Part shown: piece after piece, positions 27,150 to 38,251 of the stretch | Position numbering within the stretch: position 1 is the first letter of the stretch | How the letters are laid out: each line of letters begins with the position of its first letter | Virus record (IMG/VR): IMGVR_UViG_3300049846_001128 | Coordinates: 1-64,000 of that record | Strand: one strand, 5' to 3' | Source: a virus | Length of the DNA: 64,000 nt | Notes under the pieces: model-generated | The model's input: only the letters and a program-made list of their open reading frames with translations | Database searches by the model: none | Told to the model about the DNA's origin: nothing | Translations under genes and position numbers: made by a program

Positions 27150-28613
27150 ATGGCTGACCAAAAGTTTAAGAGTAAAGTTCGTTTACAAGGTGGGGTTGCT
27201 CTACCTACAGAAAGTATTAACCGCGCACTTTCAATTGATGCAAACGGCGAATTAAAATCAAGCGTTACCACAGATGCTGAATTAGCGCACTTATCGGGAG
27301 TTACTTCAAACGTTCAATCTCAAATTACAGACGCTCAAGCCGATGCTACACAAGCACTTGCTGACGCTGCTGCGGCTCAAGCAGACGCTACTCAAGCTCT
27401 TGCCGATGCAGCTGCTGCACAAGCTACTGCTGATGCTGCTATTCCAAGCTCTGAAAAAGGTGTAGCTCTTGGAGTTGCTACTTTAGATGGCTCTGGTAAA
27501 GTTCCCGTGTCTCAACTTCCTTCTGCAATCATGACTTATGAAGGCGTATGGAATGCTTCTACTAACTCGCCAAGCTTAGCTGACGGTTCAGGCGACGCTG
27601 GTATGGTTTACCGTGTAGGTACTGCTGGCTCTCAAAACCTTGGCTCTGGTTCCATTTCATTTGAAGTTGGTGACTATGTAATCTATAACGGTTCTATCTG
27701 GGAAAAATCAGACACTACTGATGCAGTTGCTTCTGTATTTGGTCGTACTGGTATCGTTTCAGCTCAGTCTGGCGACTACTCAGCTTCTCAGATTACAAAT
27801 ACTCCGGCTGGTTCTATTGCAGCAACAGACGTTCAAGCTGCTATTAACGAGTTAGATGGTGATGTTCAAGCCGCTCAAGCTGACGCTACGCAAGCCTTGG
27901 CTGATGCCGCTGCAGCTCAAGCTGATATTGATGCTCACATTGCACAAGCTACAGGTGCTCACGCCGCTACAGCAATTTCTATAGCTGATGTTTCTTCTCA
28001 GTTTACTTCTGCAAACGTAGAAGGTGCTTTAGATGAGGCTATGGATGCAGCTCAAGCTGCCCAAGCAGACGCAACTCAGGCATTAGCAGATGCCGCAGCA
28101 GCTCAGGCAGATGTTGACGCTCTTGAACCAGATGTTGCTGATTTAATCACTCTTTCTGGTGTTGCAGCTAACTCCTCTGACTTAGGAACATTTACTGGTA
28201 CAATCATTCCAGATGCTTCTACTATCAAAGCTGCGTTACAAGCACTTGAGACTGAAGTTGAAGCTATGGTTGATGGCTCAGCTGGTGATATTGCTGAGAC
28301 AAGTTTTTCAATTACTAACAACCAAGCTTCACCTGCAAGCATTACAGGATTAGCTTTCTCTAACTCTGCAGTTAGAAGTTTTAAAGTCTTACTAAGTGTT
28401 GAAATTGATGCAACTCTTGATTTATTTGAGAGTTTTGAACTTATTGGTATTAACAAAGCAGGTTCGTTTGAGATGGCTCAAAGCGCAGTTGGCGATGAGT
28501 CTGGAATTGTTCTAAGCATTACTGCTGCTGGACAAGTTCAATACACAAGCGCAAACTACTCTGGTTTTGTGTCAGGCGCAATTAAGTTCAGAGCTATTAC
28601 AACTAGTATTTAA
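27150..28613 (+). CDS. Fibre protein with Ala-rich coiled-coil repeats
   Basis: AQADATQALADAAAA repeats; GVATLDGSGKVPVSQLP module. Confidence 0.7.
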   Translation: MADQKFKSKVRLQGGVALPTESINRALSIDANGELKSSVTTDAELAHLSGVTSNVQSQITDAQADATQALADAAAAQADATQALADAAAAQATADAAIPSSEKGVALGVATLDGSGKVPVSQLPSAIMTYEGVWNASTNSPSLADGSGDAGMVYRVGTAGSQNLGSGSISFEVGDYVIYNGSIWEKSDTTDAVASVFGRTGIVSAQSGDYSASQITNTPAGSIAATDVQAAINELDGDVQAAQADATQALADAAAAQADIDAHIAQATGAHAATAISIADVSSQFTSANVEGALDEAMDAAQAAQADATQALADAAAAQADVDALEPDVADLITLSGVAANSSDLGTFTGTIIPDASTIKAALQALETEVEAMVDGSAGDIAETSFSITNNQASPASITGLAFSNSAVRSFKVLLSVEIDATLDLFESFELIGINKAGSFEMAQSAVGDESGIVLSITAAGQVQYTSANYSGFVSGAIKFRAITTSI

Positions 28614-28627
28614 TTAAAAAATAAAGG

Positions 28628-28656
28628 GGAGGGGAAGTGAAAACTTCCCTTCTTTT
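28628..28656 (+). terminator. Rho-independent terminator
   Basis: GGAGGGGAAGT-GAAA-ACTTCCCTTCT-TTT. Confidence 0.75.
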
Positions 28657-28661
28657 CAAAC

Positions 28662-28976
28662 ATGAGTAAGCAAGTTTATAAAGTTGAACAAACTTATACA
28701 GCAAAAGCTACTAGTTTTAACACTGATGTTGTTAATATGGAAGGTTATTTTAACCTATCATGTCAGGTAAATCTAAACAATCCTTCAGGCTTTACAGGCT
28801 CTACGACAATTCAAGTTTCTAATGATTTGACAAATTGGATTGACATGCCAGATTCTGAAGAAGATATTACTGACTGCGTGTTTTACGATATACAGTCTGC
28901 CGCAGCTTTTGTAAGAGTTAAGGTTGTTATATTAACTGGTAGTGCTGATTTTAATGTAGACTGGGTTCTATTATGA
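28662..28976 (+). CDS. Small jelly-roll structural protein
   Basis: IQVSND..NW...FVRV pattern. Confidence 0.6.
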   Translation: MSKQVYKVEQTYTAKATSFNTDVVNMEGYFNLSCQVNLNNPSGFTGSTTIQVSNDLTNWIDMPDSEEDITDCVFYDIQSAAAFVRVKVVILTGSADFNVDWVLL

Positions 28977-29899
28977 TAAAAAAGCCTACTCCTTACGTAA
29001 ACAATCCGGGGACAACCTCAGATCATGTTTTGCGTGATGTGTCTGATTTATATGGAAAAAGCCTTAGAGTTTCTGATGCCTCTTCTGTAGTTGATAAATA
29101 CTACAGTCATTTCAGAGTTACTTATAGTGGCTTAAATCCAACAAGAGTCAAGTACTATCATGGAGTGGAGGCTAGAAGAACTACGTTTACGTTAGGAATG
29201 GCTGATAGCCTAGATGGAAAGTATTTTAAAATATACACAGCCCCTGATAATCACTTACACACTGTGTGGTTTAACCTAGATGGAGCTAGTGCTCAACCTA
29301 GCGTACCAAACACACACGCTTATATTGAAATACCAGTTCAAACAGGAGATGATGCTGCTTTAGTTTGCATGGCTATAAAAATGACCTTGGATGGTCTTTA
29401 TTCAAACTATTTCTATGCTTTTCCTAATGAATCTTATACTAAGATAGAGATTATTACCAGTCAAATGGGTGAGTGTTCCGCATCAGACTCAGGTACTACT
29501 GGTTTTCCAATGACTCAGATTGACGGAAAGCAGGATTTAGTTCAAGACATTGAGATTGAATACCAAGGTAATGACCCTTATTATAACGGAGAGTTACTTA
29601 AAGGCTATCAGTTTGATATTTATAGCGGTAAGTTTGTAAAGAATCCTATAATAAACATAGGACCAATTTCTACTGTAACAGTTACTCCTTCTGTCGATAA
29701 TAATGTAGTGGGTCTAGATACTGTTTCTAAAAATAAATTATTTAGCAAACCTTTAACTGGATTAGAGGTTTTATCAAAAGATGATGACGGAAACCCTTTA
29801 GAGGTTCAGTCATTGTATAACGGAACTCCGGTACAGCTTTTAACAATAACCTACGATACTGATGGTGACTTACTCTCAGCAATCGTAACGGACGTATAA
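28973..29899 (+). CDS. Structural protein
   Basis: ORF track. Confidence 0.6.
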   Translation: MIKKPTPYVNNPGTTSDHVLRDVSDLYGKSLRVSDASSVVDKYYSHFRVTYSGLNPTRVKYYHGVEARRTTFTLGMADSLDGKYFKIYTAPDNHLHTVWFNLDGASAQPSVPNTHAYIEIPVQTGDDAALVCMAIKMTLDGLYSNYFYAFPNESYTKIEIITSQMGECSASDSGTTGFPMTQIDGKQDLVQDIEIEYQGNDPYYNGELLKGYQFDIYSGKFVKNPIINIGPISTVTVTPSVDNNVVGLDTVSKNKLFSKPLTGLEVLSKDDDGNPLEVQSLYNGTPVQLLTITYDTDGDLLSAIVTDV

Positions 29900-29900
29900 A

Positions 29901-30110
29901 ATGGCAAAACCCGTTAAACCTAAGAAAAGAATTGTCATAAATCCTATTGAAAGCACTTTAGATATTGTTACAGACAACAATTTCTCATACGAGAGTGTTC
30001 CAACTGGGAAAAGACTTCAAATTCCTGCTAACATGCAAATGATTGTTGTTGAGGAGTTTGACGTAGAGGGTGAACTTATCCTCGACGGTTCTTTGATCGT
30101 GGAGGAATAA
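29901..30110 (+). CDS. Small structural protein
   Basis: ORF track. Confidence 0.6.
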   Translation: MAKPVKPKKRIVINPIESTLDIVTDNNFSYESVPTGKRLQIPANMQMIVVEEFDVEGELILDGSLIVEE

Positions 30111-30776
30111 ATGTCTACAATACGGTTAAGAAAAACTCCACAGCCATCAGCTCCTTCAGTAGATAAGTCCAGACTTTACGTTGATCAAGCGGATAATCAC
30201 TTAAAGCGCATATTAGATAACGGTACTATTGTAGATTATGACAGTCCTGTTAGTGATGAGCAAATTCAAGATGCAATTGGTGCAATAGTAACGGATACCT
30301 CAACTATTGATCTTACTTATGATGACGGATTAAATGAATTAAAAGCAGATATAGTTCAAGAATCTATAAATGATTTCCATATTTATCAAATAAGTCCTAC
30401 TAAAATAGGGAATGACAAATTTTCATATTTTGATGCTACGCTTAACACAGCTAATAATTCACTGGCTACTGCTTTTATTTTAGACTGCTCTACGGATGGT
30501 ACTATGTTTATAGAAGTAGCAACTACTTGCTTTAGAACAGGTGGAATTAGTGGTAATCCGGGTGATGGAGCTTCTTTTAAAAGATCAATGAGAATTAAAT
30601 CTATAGCAGGTACAGTTACAATTCATGACTTACAATCTGACTACACTTCTAGAGATAATGTTAACATAAAAGTAGAATACATTATAGTAGGTACTGATTT
30701 ATATTTCAGAGTTGGCGGATTAAACAATAATAATTTCAGATGGAATTTAAACATTTCCATAAATAAGAATAGCTAA
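30111..30776 (+). CDS. Fibre-associated protein
   Basis: DEQIQDAIG..DTSTIDLTYDD module shared with the next two genes. Confidence 0.65.
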   Translation: MSTIRLRKTPQPSAPSVDKSRLYVDQADNHLKRILDNGTIVDYDSPVSDEQIQDAIGAIVTDTSTIDLTYDDGLNELKADIVQESINDFHIYQISPTKIGNDKFSYFDATLNTANNSLATAFILDCSTDGTMFIEVATTCFRTGGISGNPGDGASFKRSMRIKSIAGTVTIHDLQSDYTSRDNVNIKVEYIIVGTDLYFRVGGLNNNNFRWNLNISINKNS

Positions 30777-30787
30777 AGGAGGATTTC

Positions 30788-32875
30788 ATGGCTGTTTTAT
30801 TAGATCAAATTACGGTAGGCGATTTAAAGATCGCAGTACTAGACTCGGCACCAGATTCTGGATTGGGGTTTGTAGCTCCTGTTGGATCATTGGCAATGGT
30901 TTCAGGGTCTTCTGGTATTTACCAAAAGGCAAACTCTGGGGACACAGACTGGGAAACTGCTACAGCTACCACTGAGCAGATTCAAGATGCTGTTGCTGCT
31001 TTATTGCAGAATAGTTCTACAATTGAATTTTCTTATAATGATGTATCAAATGAATTAACTCCTTCCATTGTAGCCGAAAGTATTGATAACTCTCTAATCT
31101 CCCCAACTGCAGCTATTGACGCTTCAAAAATTGCAGATGGTTCGGTTTCTAATGCAGAGTTTCAATCTCTTAACGGAGTTACTTCAGGGATTCAAGGTCA
31201 ATTAGACGGATTAGATAGCAGATTAGACACTATTGAAGCCGACTATGCAACTCAAACTTACGTAGACGCTACTTTCATCCCACTTTCGCAAAAAGGCGCT
31301 GCTAACGGTGTAGCAACTCTTGATGGCGGAGGGAAGGTTCCAGTTTCTCAATTGCCTAACGCAGTAATGACTTATGAAGGTATGTGGGATGCTTCACTAA
31401 ACTCCCCAGCTTTGGTTGATGGCTCTGGTGATGCAGGTATGGTTTATAGAGTATCTGTAGCCGGAACTCAAGATTTAGGCTCAGGCTCTATTAGTTTTTC
31501 AGTTGGTGATTATGTAATTTACAGTGGTTCAGTTTGGGAAAAATCAGACGGAACTGATGCCGTGAATTCTGTGTTCGGAAGAGTAGGAATTGTAACAGCT
31601 CAGTCTGGAGATTATACTGCTTCTCAAGTTACAAATGTCCCTGCTGGAAACATTGCCGCTACTACGGTTCAAGCTGCTATTAACGAATTAGATTCTGAAA
31701 AATTTGCTTCTGCTGACTTTGATTCTACTTTTGATGCAAGACTTGCCACTAAAACTACGTCTGACTTAGCTGAAGGCTCTAACCTGTATTTTACAGATGA
31801 AAGAGCACAAGATGCAATCGGCGCAGCCTTACTAGATACAGCATCTATTGACTTAAGCTATGATGATTCTCTTAATCAAATTAGCGCGGTTGTATTGCCA
31901 GCCGGTGTTGATCATGATCAGTTGCAAAATTTTGTAGCAAACGAGCATATTGATCACTCTACTGTTGAAATTCAAGCTGGCACAGGTTTAACTGGAGGCG
32001 GAGATATTACTGCCACTAGAACTATCTCTATGCCTAACGTTGGAACAGCGGGTACTTACGGTTCAGCAAGTTCAGTTCCAGTTATCACTACCGACACTCA
32101 AGGTCGCGTTTCTGCTGTAACTCCTACTGCTATTTCTATAAGTTCTTCTGCTATTACGGATTTTGCTGAAGCAGCTCAAGACGCAGTTGGTGGAGCATTG
32201 ACTAATACAGCTACTGTTAACTTGTCATACAATGATGCTGGTGATGCTATTTCAGCAGACGTTATTCAAGCTGGTATTGATCATGGGTCTATTTCTGGAT
32301 TAGCTGATGATGATCATACTCAATACGCACTCCTTGAAGGTAGAGCTGGCGGACAAATTCTTAAAGGTGGAACAGCTTCCGCTGAAAACCTTACTCTAAA
32401 CTCAACAGCAAACGCTACTAAGGGTAAAATCCTTCTTGGTGCTAACTCTGCTTTAGACGAAGCTAATACTAGACTTGGTGTCGGTACAGCTTCTCCTGAG
32501 TCAGTGCTTGATCTTGTCGAGTCTAGTGTTCGTTTCAACATCAAAAACTCTTCAGCTTCTACAGTTGGAGCGGTAACTGCAGCTTTGGCTACAATTACTC
32601 CGGCTTCTAATTCTGTTGAAATGTTAAAAGCTTTGGTGACTGGTTTTAACGCCGCTAACAACCAATCTGTTGCTTATGAAAGAACAGTTAGAGTTAGAAA
32701 CAATGGCGGAACAGTGACTTTAGGAACAGTTCAATCCGACTACACAGATGAGGGCGCAGGTTTAAATACTGCAAACTGTACATTTGTTGTAAGTGGTTCT
32801 GATGTTCAGGTTCAAGTAACTGGAGTAAGTGCCGTTACATTAAGTTGGAAGTGTGTTCTTCAAAGAATGAGATAA
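30788..32875 (+). CDS. Fibre protein
   Basis: AQDAVG modules, TTSDLAEGSNLYFTDERA, DHG..GLADDDHTQY. Confidence 0.7.
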   Translation: MAVLLDQITVGDLKIAVLDSAPDSGLGFVAPVGSLAMVSGSSGIYQKANSGDTDWETATATTEQIQDAVAALLQNSSTIEFSYNDVSNELTPSIVAESIDNSLISPTAAIDASKIADGSVSNAEFQSLNGVTSGIQGQLDGLDSRLDTIEADYATQTYVDATFIPLSQKGAANGVATLDGGGKVPVSQLPNAVMTYEGMWDASLNSPALVDGSGDAGMVYRVSVAGTQDLGSGSISFSVGDYVIYSGSVWEKSDGTDAVNSVFGRVGIVTAQSGDYTASQVTNVPAGNIAATTVQAAINELDSEKFASADFDSTFDARLATKTTSDLAEGSNLYFTDERAQDAIGAALLDTASIDLSYDDSLNQISAVVLPAGVDHDQLQNFVANEHIDHSTVEIQAGTGLTGGGDITATRTISMPNVGTAGTYGSASSVPVITTDTQGRVSAVTPTAISISSSAITDFAEAAQDAVGGALTNTATVNLSYNDAGDAISADVIQAGIDHGSISGLADDDHTQYALLEGRAGGQILKGGTASAENLTLNSTANATKGKILLGANSALDEANTRLGVGTASPESVLDLVESSVRFNIKNSSASTVGAVTAALATITPASNSVEMLKALVTGFNAANNQSVAYERTVRVRNNGGTVTLGTVQSDYTDEGAGLNTANCTFVVSGSDVQVQVTGVSAVTLSWKCVLQRMR

Positions 32876-32893
32876 TAACAAAAGGTTACTAAA

Positions 32894-35800
32894 ATGGCTA
32901 GAAAAGGTAGTATTACTCTAGAAGAAATCCAATTAATAGAAGTGGACTCTGACCCGTCGCAAGGCGGGTTGGAGGCTCCATCTGGCTCCTTGGCTATCCA
33001 CACTGACTCTGGTATTATATATTCAAAAGCAGGGTCTGAATGGATTAACTTAGGAGACAGTAAGAATATTAAGAGAGTTGCGCCAATTGGTGCTCCTTAT
33101 TCGTCTATTACTGAGGCAATATCTTCTTGCGATACTCCTTCTTCTAGCAATCGTTATATCATTCTATTACAAGCCGGAACTTATGTTGAGAATCAAATCA
33201 ATCTTCCGACATACATTTCTATTGTAGGTGTTGATGAAAAAGCTGTAGTTATACAACCTGCTGGAAATCATCACGTTATTAACTTAGAACATCCTTATAA
33301 TTATCTTTCTTTCTTCTCCATACATGATGCTCCAGTTGGGTATTCTGCAATCAATTGCGTAAATGCTGATAATTATTCTATTGTTCATAAAGTACATATT
33401 CAAAATTGTAGCAACGGTATTTCAGTAACAGCGTCTACAACAGATACCTACTTATATACAGAGTATTGTGATATTGAGGAATGTACTACATCAATTGTTG
33501 TAAACGGAAATGGCGCACTTGCCTATAGTCAAAATGAAAATCTTTACATAGGTAACTACTCTAGTTCTCCTGCTGATGTAGCAATTACAGTTAGTGGAAT
33601 GTCTGAGTATATTATGCAGTCTGGTAGTATTGAAAATATTGCCGCTCCAAATACCGGAGATGGGTTGCGCCTATTTGATGGTGGTAGTGTCAGGATTTCC
33701 AATACTAACATTGTAGGTTGGGATAATGCAATTATCGTTGAAAATACTGGATCAGCACCTAATCTAGAATTAAGAAATCCTATTTTTACAAACAATATAA
33801 CTGATTTTAGTGTTCAACATCTAACTGCAACAGGGTATTTCTTAGGTTATTCTGAGTATTTAAAGCGATCTATAAATTCTACAAACTTTTTTATTGCTAA
33901 CAAAGACGATGCAGTTGTAACTGTTGCTAAGAAAGGTGGAGATTTCTCTAGTATTAAAGCTGCAATTGATTCTATTACAGACAGCTCTAGTGCGAAGCCA
34001 TACACGATAACTGTCGGTCCGGGGATATTCTCTGAGGATGAGATTATCTCAAAGCCATATATTGATATAAAAGGAACCGGACATAATGTTACAGTTGTAA
34101 CCCCTAATGGAAATCACAGTGTTTTTAATCTTGATAAATATAACAAAATATCAGATTTAACAATTAAAGATGTCTCCGCTGGATTTTATGCAGTGGTTTA
34201 TGCTGATAAGGGAGAAACCGGAGCGCATCACTCACATTCCAGAATATCTAATATACACTTAGACGATTGTGACGGTGGTGTTTTTGTAACAGCAACCGAT
34301 CCAGCTAAAGACACGCACTTATTTATTGACTTTATTAATATAGAAGGTACTTTTTCCAGAGGTATTTACGTTCTTAATAACGGAGGAGATTGTGCTTGTG
34401 CTGATATTGTTCACTTAACAAGTACGTCATCAGTTACAACCAGTATTGACTTAGAAGTTTCTGGAGTAGGCTCCGAGGTAATGCTACACGCCGCTATGTT
34501 AATCGGGAACGGAAGTAACACTGGTATTAAACTTCAGAACGGAGTAGACGCTGATATTTCTGCTTCAGTTATATCAGGCTACGATAAAGGGTTAATAATT
34601 CCAAACAATGGAGCTATTTCTAACCTTGTATCATCAGGCTTATCTTTTAAAGAGTGTACTTCAGACCTTGAAATATTACGACCGGGAGTAACAGGTAGTT
34701 TAAGCATTACCGCTGACCGATCTAAGCTGACTGTTGTTGACGGGGCGGAAGTTTCATTCCAAATCTTAGGAGTAACCTCTCCTGCTTTTACTACCGCTGG
34801 ACCTATTTATTACGCTCAAACAGACTATTCTAAAACTTCAGACATTTCTCAGCTTTTAATGAACACTCCTGCGATGGGTGTTATTGATGGAGGACAGCTT
34901 TCCGCTGGAGCCGGACTTAGCTTGAATATTGCTTCAGGTTACGGCTACCAAATGAACGGAACTCCTCCTCTTGATATTGCAACCAGAAGAGATTGGAATT
35001 CTACAAGCCTAACTCTTCCTGCCTCTAGCACTGTTTTTGTATATTTCAACGAGAACTACGTTTTAACAAGTAACGTTGCCGAGCCTGACACTGAAGAGTG
35101 TATTTTATTAGGAAGAGTTACAACAGACGCTTCCTCTATTATATATATCGAACAAACTGAGTTACGCTCTCACCATATGGGTAATACTCTAAGTAAAGCA
35201 CTTAGAGATGCTATTGGTCCAGTTTATACTACAGGCTCTTTAGTAACAGAGGCTGGTACAAGGCAATTAAACGTAAGCTCAGGTAAGTATTATTTTGGAG
35301 AGCATATATTCTCTCCAACTGGTGCTACTCCTGTTAGTTTTGATACCTATTATCAATCTGCAACACCGGGACAGTGGGTTAGAACTGCTAACCAATCAAC
35401 GGTGTCTAACACTCTTTATGACGACGATTCTGGAACTTTAGCGTCTATACCAACTGGGAAGTTTGTAAAGCATTTAGTTCTAGTTATGGGCGGTCCTTCT
35501 GAAAAATATATACTAGTTTATGGACAAGAGCTTTTTGACTCTGCTTCGTTGGCAGAGACTGGAGCTTTGCCTGTTATCCCAGAATTCATGGGAACTTACT
35601 CAAGCTTTGCTAAAGTTTGTTCTATTGTGACAGGACCGGATTCTTCAACATTTAGCATGATTTTAGACGAAAGACCTAGAGTAGGGTTTTCAGCATCTTC
35701 CGTATCTGGAGGAGGTGGAGGAGTAACAGATCATGGCGATTTAACAGGTCTAGCAGATGATGATCATACTCAATACATTTTAGCTAGTGGAGCTAGAGCT

Positions 35801-36967
35801 TTTACTGGGAACATTGATGTTGGTGGAAATCAAATAACAAACGTTGGACTTGTTGACGGAGTTGATGTTTCAGCTCACGCTTCTAGACATTTGCCAAATG
35901 GTGCTGATCCTTTGACAACTGGAACTCCTTCTTCAATTGGAACTACTAATTCGGAAGGAATTGCTAACGCTTTTGCTCGTCAAGACCATATTCACAATCA
36001 CGGAGTTCAAACTGACCCAGCTCATCACGCTGTTGCAACTGGTTCCGATAACGGCTTCATGTCATCTCTGGATAAAACAAAACTGGATGGAATAGAGGCA
36101 GGCGCTACAGCTTACACTGATGAAAAGGCTCAAGACGCAGTAGGTGCAGCTTTAAGCAACACAGCTACTATTAACTTAAGTTACAATGATGTACTTAACC
36201 AATTTTCTGCAGCGGTTAACGATGGCTCAATAACAGACTCTAAGCTTGCTTCTGGAATAGATGCTGCTAAGATTGACGGAGGAACTGTAACAAACACAGA
36301 GTTCGGATACCTTTCCAATGTCACAAGTGATATACAAGCTCAATTGGATGGAAAACAGCCAACTGGCGACTATATTACGGCATTAACTGGGGATGTAACT
36401 GCAGCAGGTCCGGGTTCAGCCGCCGCTACTTTAGCAAACTCTGGAGTTGTAGCCGGAACATACTCCTTAGTTACAGTTGATTCCAAAGGTAGGGTAACTT
36501 TTGGTAGCAATACTGGCTCAATTACAAGGTACTCGTATTTTACAACTTCTCCAAATGTCAACTCTAACGCTACTTACACTACTGTAGCGGAGTTAACAAC
36601 AGCCTCTTTGCCGACGGGATTGTATCGAGTTTCATTCAGAGGCAGAGCGCAATCTGCTAGTACTACTAACGGTACTGGTGTTAGAATCTCAAACGGAACT
36701 GCGGTAGTATCTACTGTTGCGGTAAGTTGGGCAATCGCTCAAGGTGCTAACGGCGTTTCTCAGAAATATCAGTACGATCAGACTGCTGCTAATACTAACG
36801 TAACTTCGACATCAGCTAACGCTGCTAATACAGATTTCGCTATAACAGGGGATGGAGTAATTAGAATTACGTCAGCAGGTACATTGGTGATACAACTCCG
36901 TTCAGAATTAAACGGTACAGCATCAACGCTATTGGCTGATTCATCTTTAGTTTTAGAATTATTATAA
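32894..36967 (+). CDS. Tailspike with beta-helix (pectin lyase-like) domains
   Basis: Two V(A)xxGxxY/FSSI..AI beta-helix entry motifs; fibre modules at the C-terminus. Confidence 0.7.
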   Translation: MARKGSITLEEIQLIEVDSDPSQGGLEAPSGSLAIHTDSGIIYSKAGSEWINLGDSKNIKRVAPIGAPYSSITEAISSCDTPSSSNRYIILLQAGTYVENQINLPTYISIVGVDEKAVVIQPAGNHHVINLEHPYNYLSFFSIHDAPVGYSAINCVNADNYSIVHKVHIQNCSNGISVTASTTDTYLYTEYCDIEECTTSIVVNGNGALAYSQNENLYIGNYSSSPADVAITVSGMSEYIMQSGSIENIAAPNTGDGLRLFDGGSVRISNTNIVGWDNAIIVENTGSAPNLELRNPIFTNNITDFSVQHLTATGYFLGYSEYLKRSINSTNFFIANKDDAVVTVAKKGGDFSSIKAAIDSITDSSSAKPYTITVGPGIFSEDEIISKPYIDIKGTGHNVTVVTPNGNHSVFNLDKYNKISDLTIKDVSAGFYAVVYADKGETGAHHSHSRISNIHLDDCDGGVFVTATDPAKDTHLFIDFINIEGTFSRGIYVLNNGGDCACADIVHLTSTSSVTTSIDLEVSGVGSEVMLHAAMLIGNGSNTGIKLQNGVDADISASVISGYDKGLIIPNNGAISNLVSSGLSFKECTSDLEILRPGVTGSLSITADRSKLTVVDGAEVSFQILGVTSPAFTTAGPIYYAQTDYSKTSDISQLLMNTPAMGVIDGGQLSAGAGLSLNIASGYGYQMNGTPPLDIATRRDWNSTSLTLPASSTVFVYFNENYVLTSNVAEPDTEECILLGRVTTDASSIIYIEQTELRSHHMGNTLSKALRDAIGPVYTTGSLVTEAGTRQLNVSSGKYYFGEHIFSPTGATPVSFDTYYQSATPGQWVRTANQSTVSNTLYDDDSGTLASIPTGKFVKHLVLVMGGPSEKYILVYGQELFDSASLAETGALPVIPEFMGTYSSFAKVCSIVTGPDSSTFSMILDERPRVGFSASSVSGGGGGVTDHGDLTGLADDDHTQYILASGARAFTGNIDVGGNQITNVGLVDGVDVSAHASRHLPNGADPLTTGTPSSIGTTNSEGIANAFARQDHIHNHGVQTDPAHHAVATGSDNGFMSSLDKTKLDGIEAGATAYTDEKAQDAVGAALSNTATINLSYNDVLNQFSAAVNDGSITDSKLASGIDAAKIDGGTVTNTEFGYLSNVTSDIQAQLDGKQPTGDYITALTGDVTAAGPGSAAATLANSGVVAGTYSLVTVDSKGRVTFGSNTGSITRYSYFTTSPNVNSNATYTTVAELTTASLPTGLYRVSFRGRAQSASTTNGTGVRISNGTAVVSTVAVSWAIAQGANGVSQKYQYDQTAANTNVTSTSANAANTDFAITGDGVIRITSAGTLVIQLRSELNGTASTLLADSSLVLELL

Positions 36968-36976
36968 GAGGTATTT

Positions 36977-37393
36977 ATGTTTATTAATGGAACAGAAGTA
37001 ACTACGATAGAAGAATTAGAAGTTTTAATAGCTTCAATGTCTGAAGACACTAAAACTTATCTCAGGAATATATTCAACGGAGTTCCGAACAGCTCCATTC
37101 TTAGTCAGAAAGAGGTTGATTTTCAGAAGTACCTTAAAAGAGCTTCAGTTAAGGATCAGATTATTGCAGAAATGGCTGCAGAGAATATGGAAAGAGTTAG
37201 AGCTGGAGTGTGGTCAGTGGTAGATTTAGTGGGATTAACTCAGGATGCAGAGTTGAAGCTGGTGTTGGATGATATTAACACTCTTAGCTTTGAATTAGCT
37301 CAATCAAAATTAAGCTCAGCTACAAACCCACTTTTAACACAAGCTATAAAAACCGGCTGGATATTAAAACTCCAAGCCAATTTATTTAATTAA
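36977..37393 (+). CDS. Hypothetical protein (possible spike chaperone)
   Basis: ORF; GAGG RBS. Confidence 0.55.
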   Translation: MFINGTEVTTIEELEVLIASMSEDTKTYLRNIFNGVPNSSILSQKEVDFQKYLKRASVKDQIIAEMAAENMERVRAGVWSVVDLVGLTQDAELKLVLDDINTLSFELAQSKLSSATNPLLTQAIKTGWILKLQANLFN

Positions 37394-37394
37394 T

Positions 37395-37880
37395 ATGAAG
37401 ACAATTACAATAGGATTTAGTAAGCCTAAGAATAGATTATTGCCTATCGGTAGTTGGTTAATACGACTGTATCAAAAAACAGAATACTCTCATGTTTATT
37501 TAGAGTTTTATTCTGAGTCTACTAACCGAGGTCTAATTTATGAGGCTGTTGGTTCGGGTATTAGATTTATAGGAACTAAGCAATGGGAATTACATGCTCA
37601 AGAAGTTAAATCTTTTACCATAAGTATAACTAACTGTAATTACGTAGAATTAATGCAATTTTGTATTGATAACTCTGGGAATGAGTATGGTTTTTTACAA
37701 AATATTGGCATATTTATTGCCGACTTGTTTAACCTGAGTAAAAACCCTGTATCAAAAGGGATGAACTGTTCTGAAGTATTAGGTAAGATATTGAAATTAG
37801 AAGGTTATTTATTTGATAAAGAAGACAACCTTTTAACGCCAAAAGATATTGAATTAGCATTGGTTAATAAACAACCTTAA
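37395..37880 (+). CDS. Permuted papain-like NlpC/P60 (YiiX-like) protein
   Basis: YSHVY..IYEA...NCSEV..LLTP, with His before Cys. Confidence 0.7.
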   Translation: MKTITIGFSKPKNRLLPIGSWLIRLYQKTEYSHVYLEFYSESTNRGLIYEAVGSGIRFIGTKQWELHAQEVKSFTISITNCNYVELMQFCIDNSGNEYGFLQNIGIFIADLFNLSKNPVSKGMNCSEVLGKILKLEGYLFDKEDNLLTPKDIELALVNKQP

Positions 37881-37902
37881 TATATAGCAAAGGAGCTATA
37901 AA

Positions 37903-38241
37903 ATGGAAGGAATGTGTGGGGCTAAGAAAGCCATGTTAAAAGAGCTTTCTAAAGAAATGTCGAACGACGCTAACGAACCTCTTAAAGATGTCTTAAGCAA
38001 GAAAAAAGGTCTTAAAAAGGTTACAGTTGCTTCAGACTCTCCAGAAGGTCTTAAGAAAGGTCTTTCTATGGCTGAGAAACTCATGAAGCTTAAGTCTGAG
38101 CAGAATGGGGAAGAAATGGAGGATGAAGAGTCAGAAATGGCTGAGTCTCCAAAAATGGAAGCCGAAGAAGAGATGAGTGAAATGTCTGAAGAAGAGGCTA
38201 TGGCTTTGTACGAGATGCTTAAAAAACGCTTTGAAGCGTAA
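37903..38241 (+). CDS. Acidic hypothetical virion protein
   Basis: ORF; AGGAG RBS; late motif upstream. Confidence 0.65.
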   Translation: MEGMCGAKKAMLKELSKEMSNDANEPLKDVLSKKKGLKKVTVASDSPEGLKKGLSMAEKLMKLKSEQNGEEMEDEESEMAESPKMEAEEEMSEMSEEEAMALYEMLKKRFEA

Positions 38242-38251
38242 GAGGTCTTAG

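Noticed and set aside
23144-36967. Diversity-generating retroelement or invertase-based fibre switching
   Set aside because: No reverse transcriptase or recombinase in the window, and no adenine-specific TR/VR pair seen; repeats differ mostly at synonymous sites.
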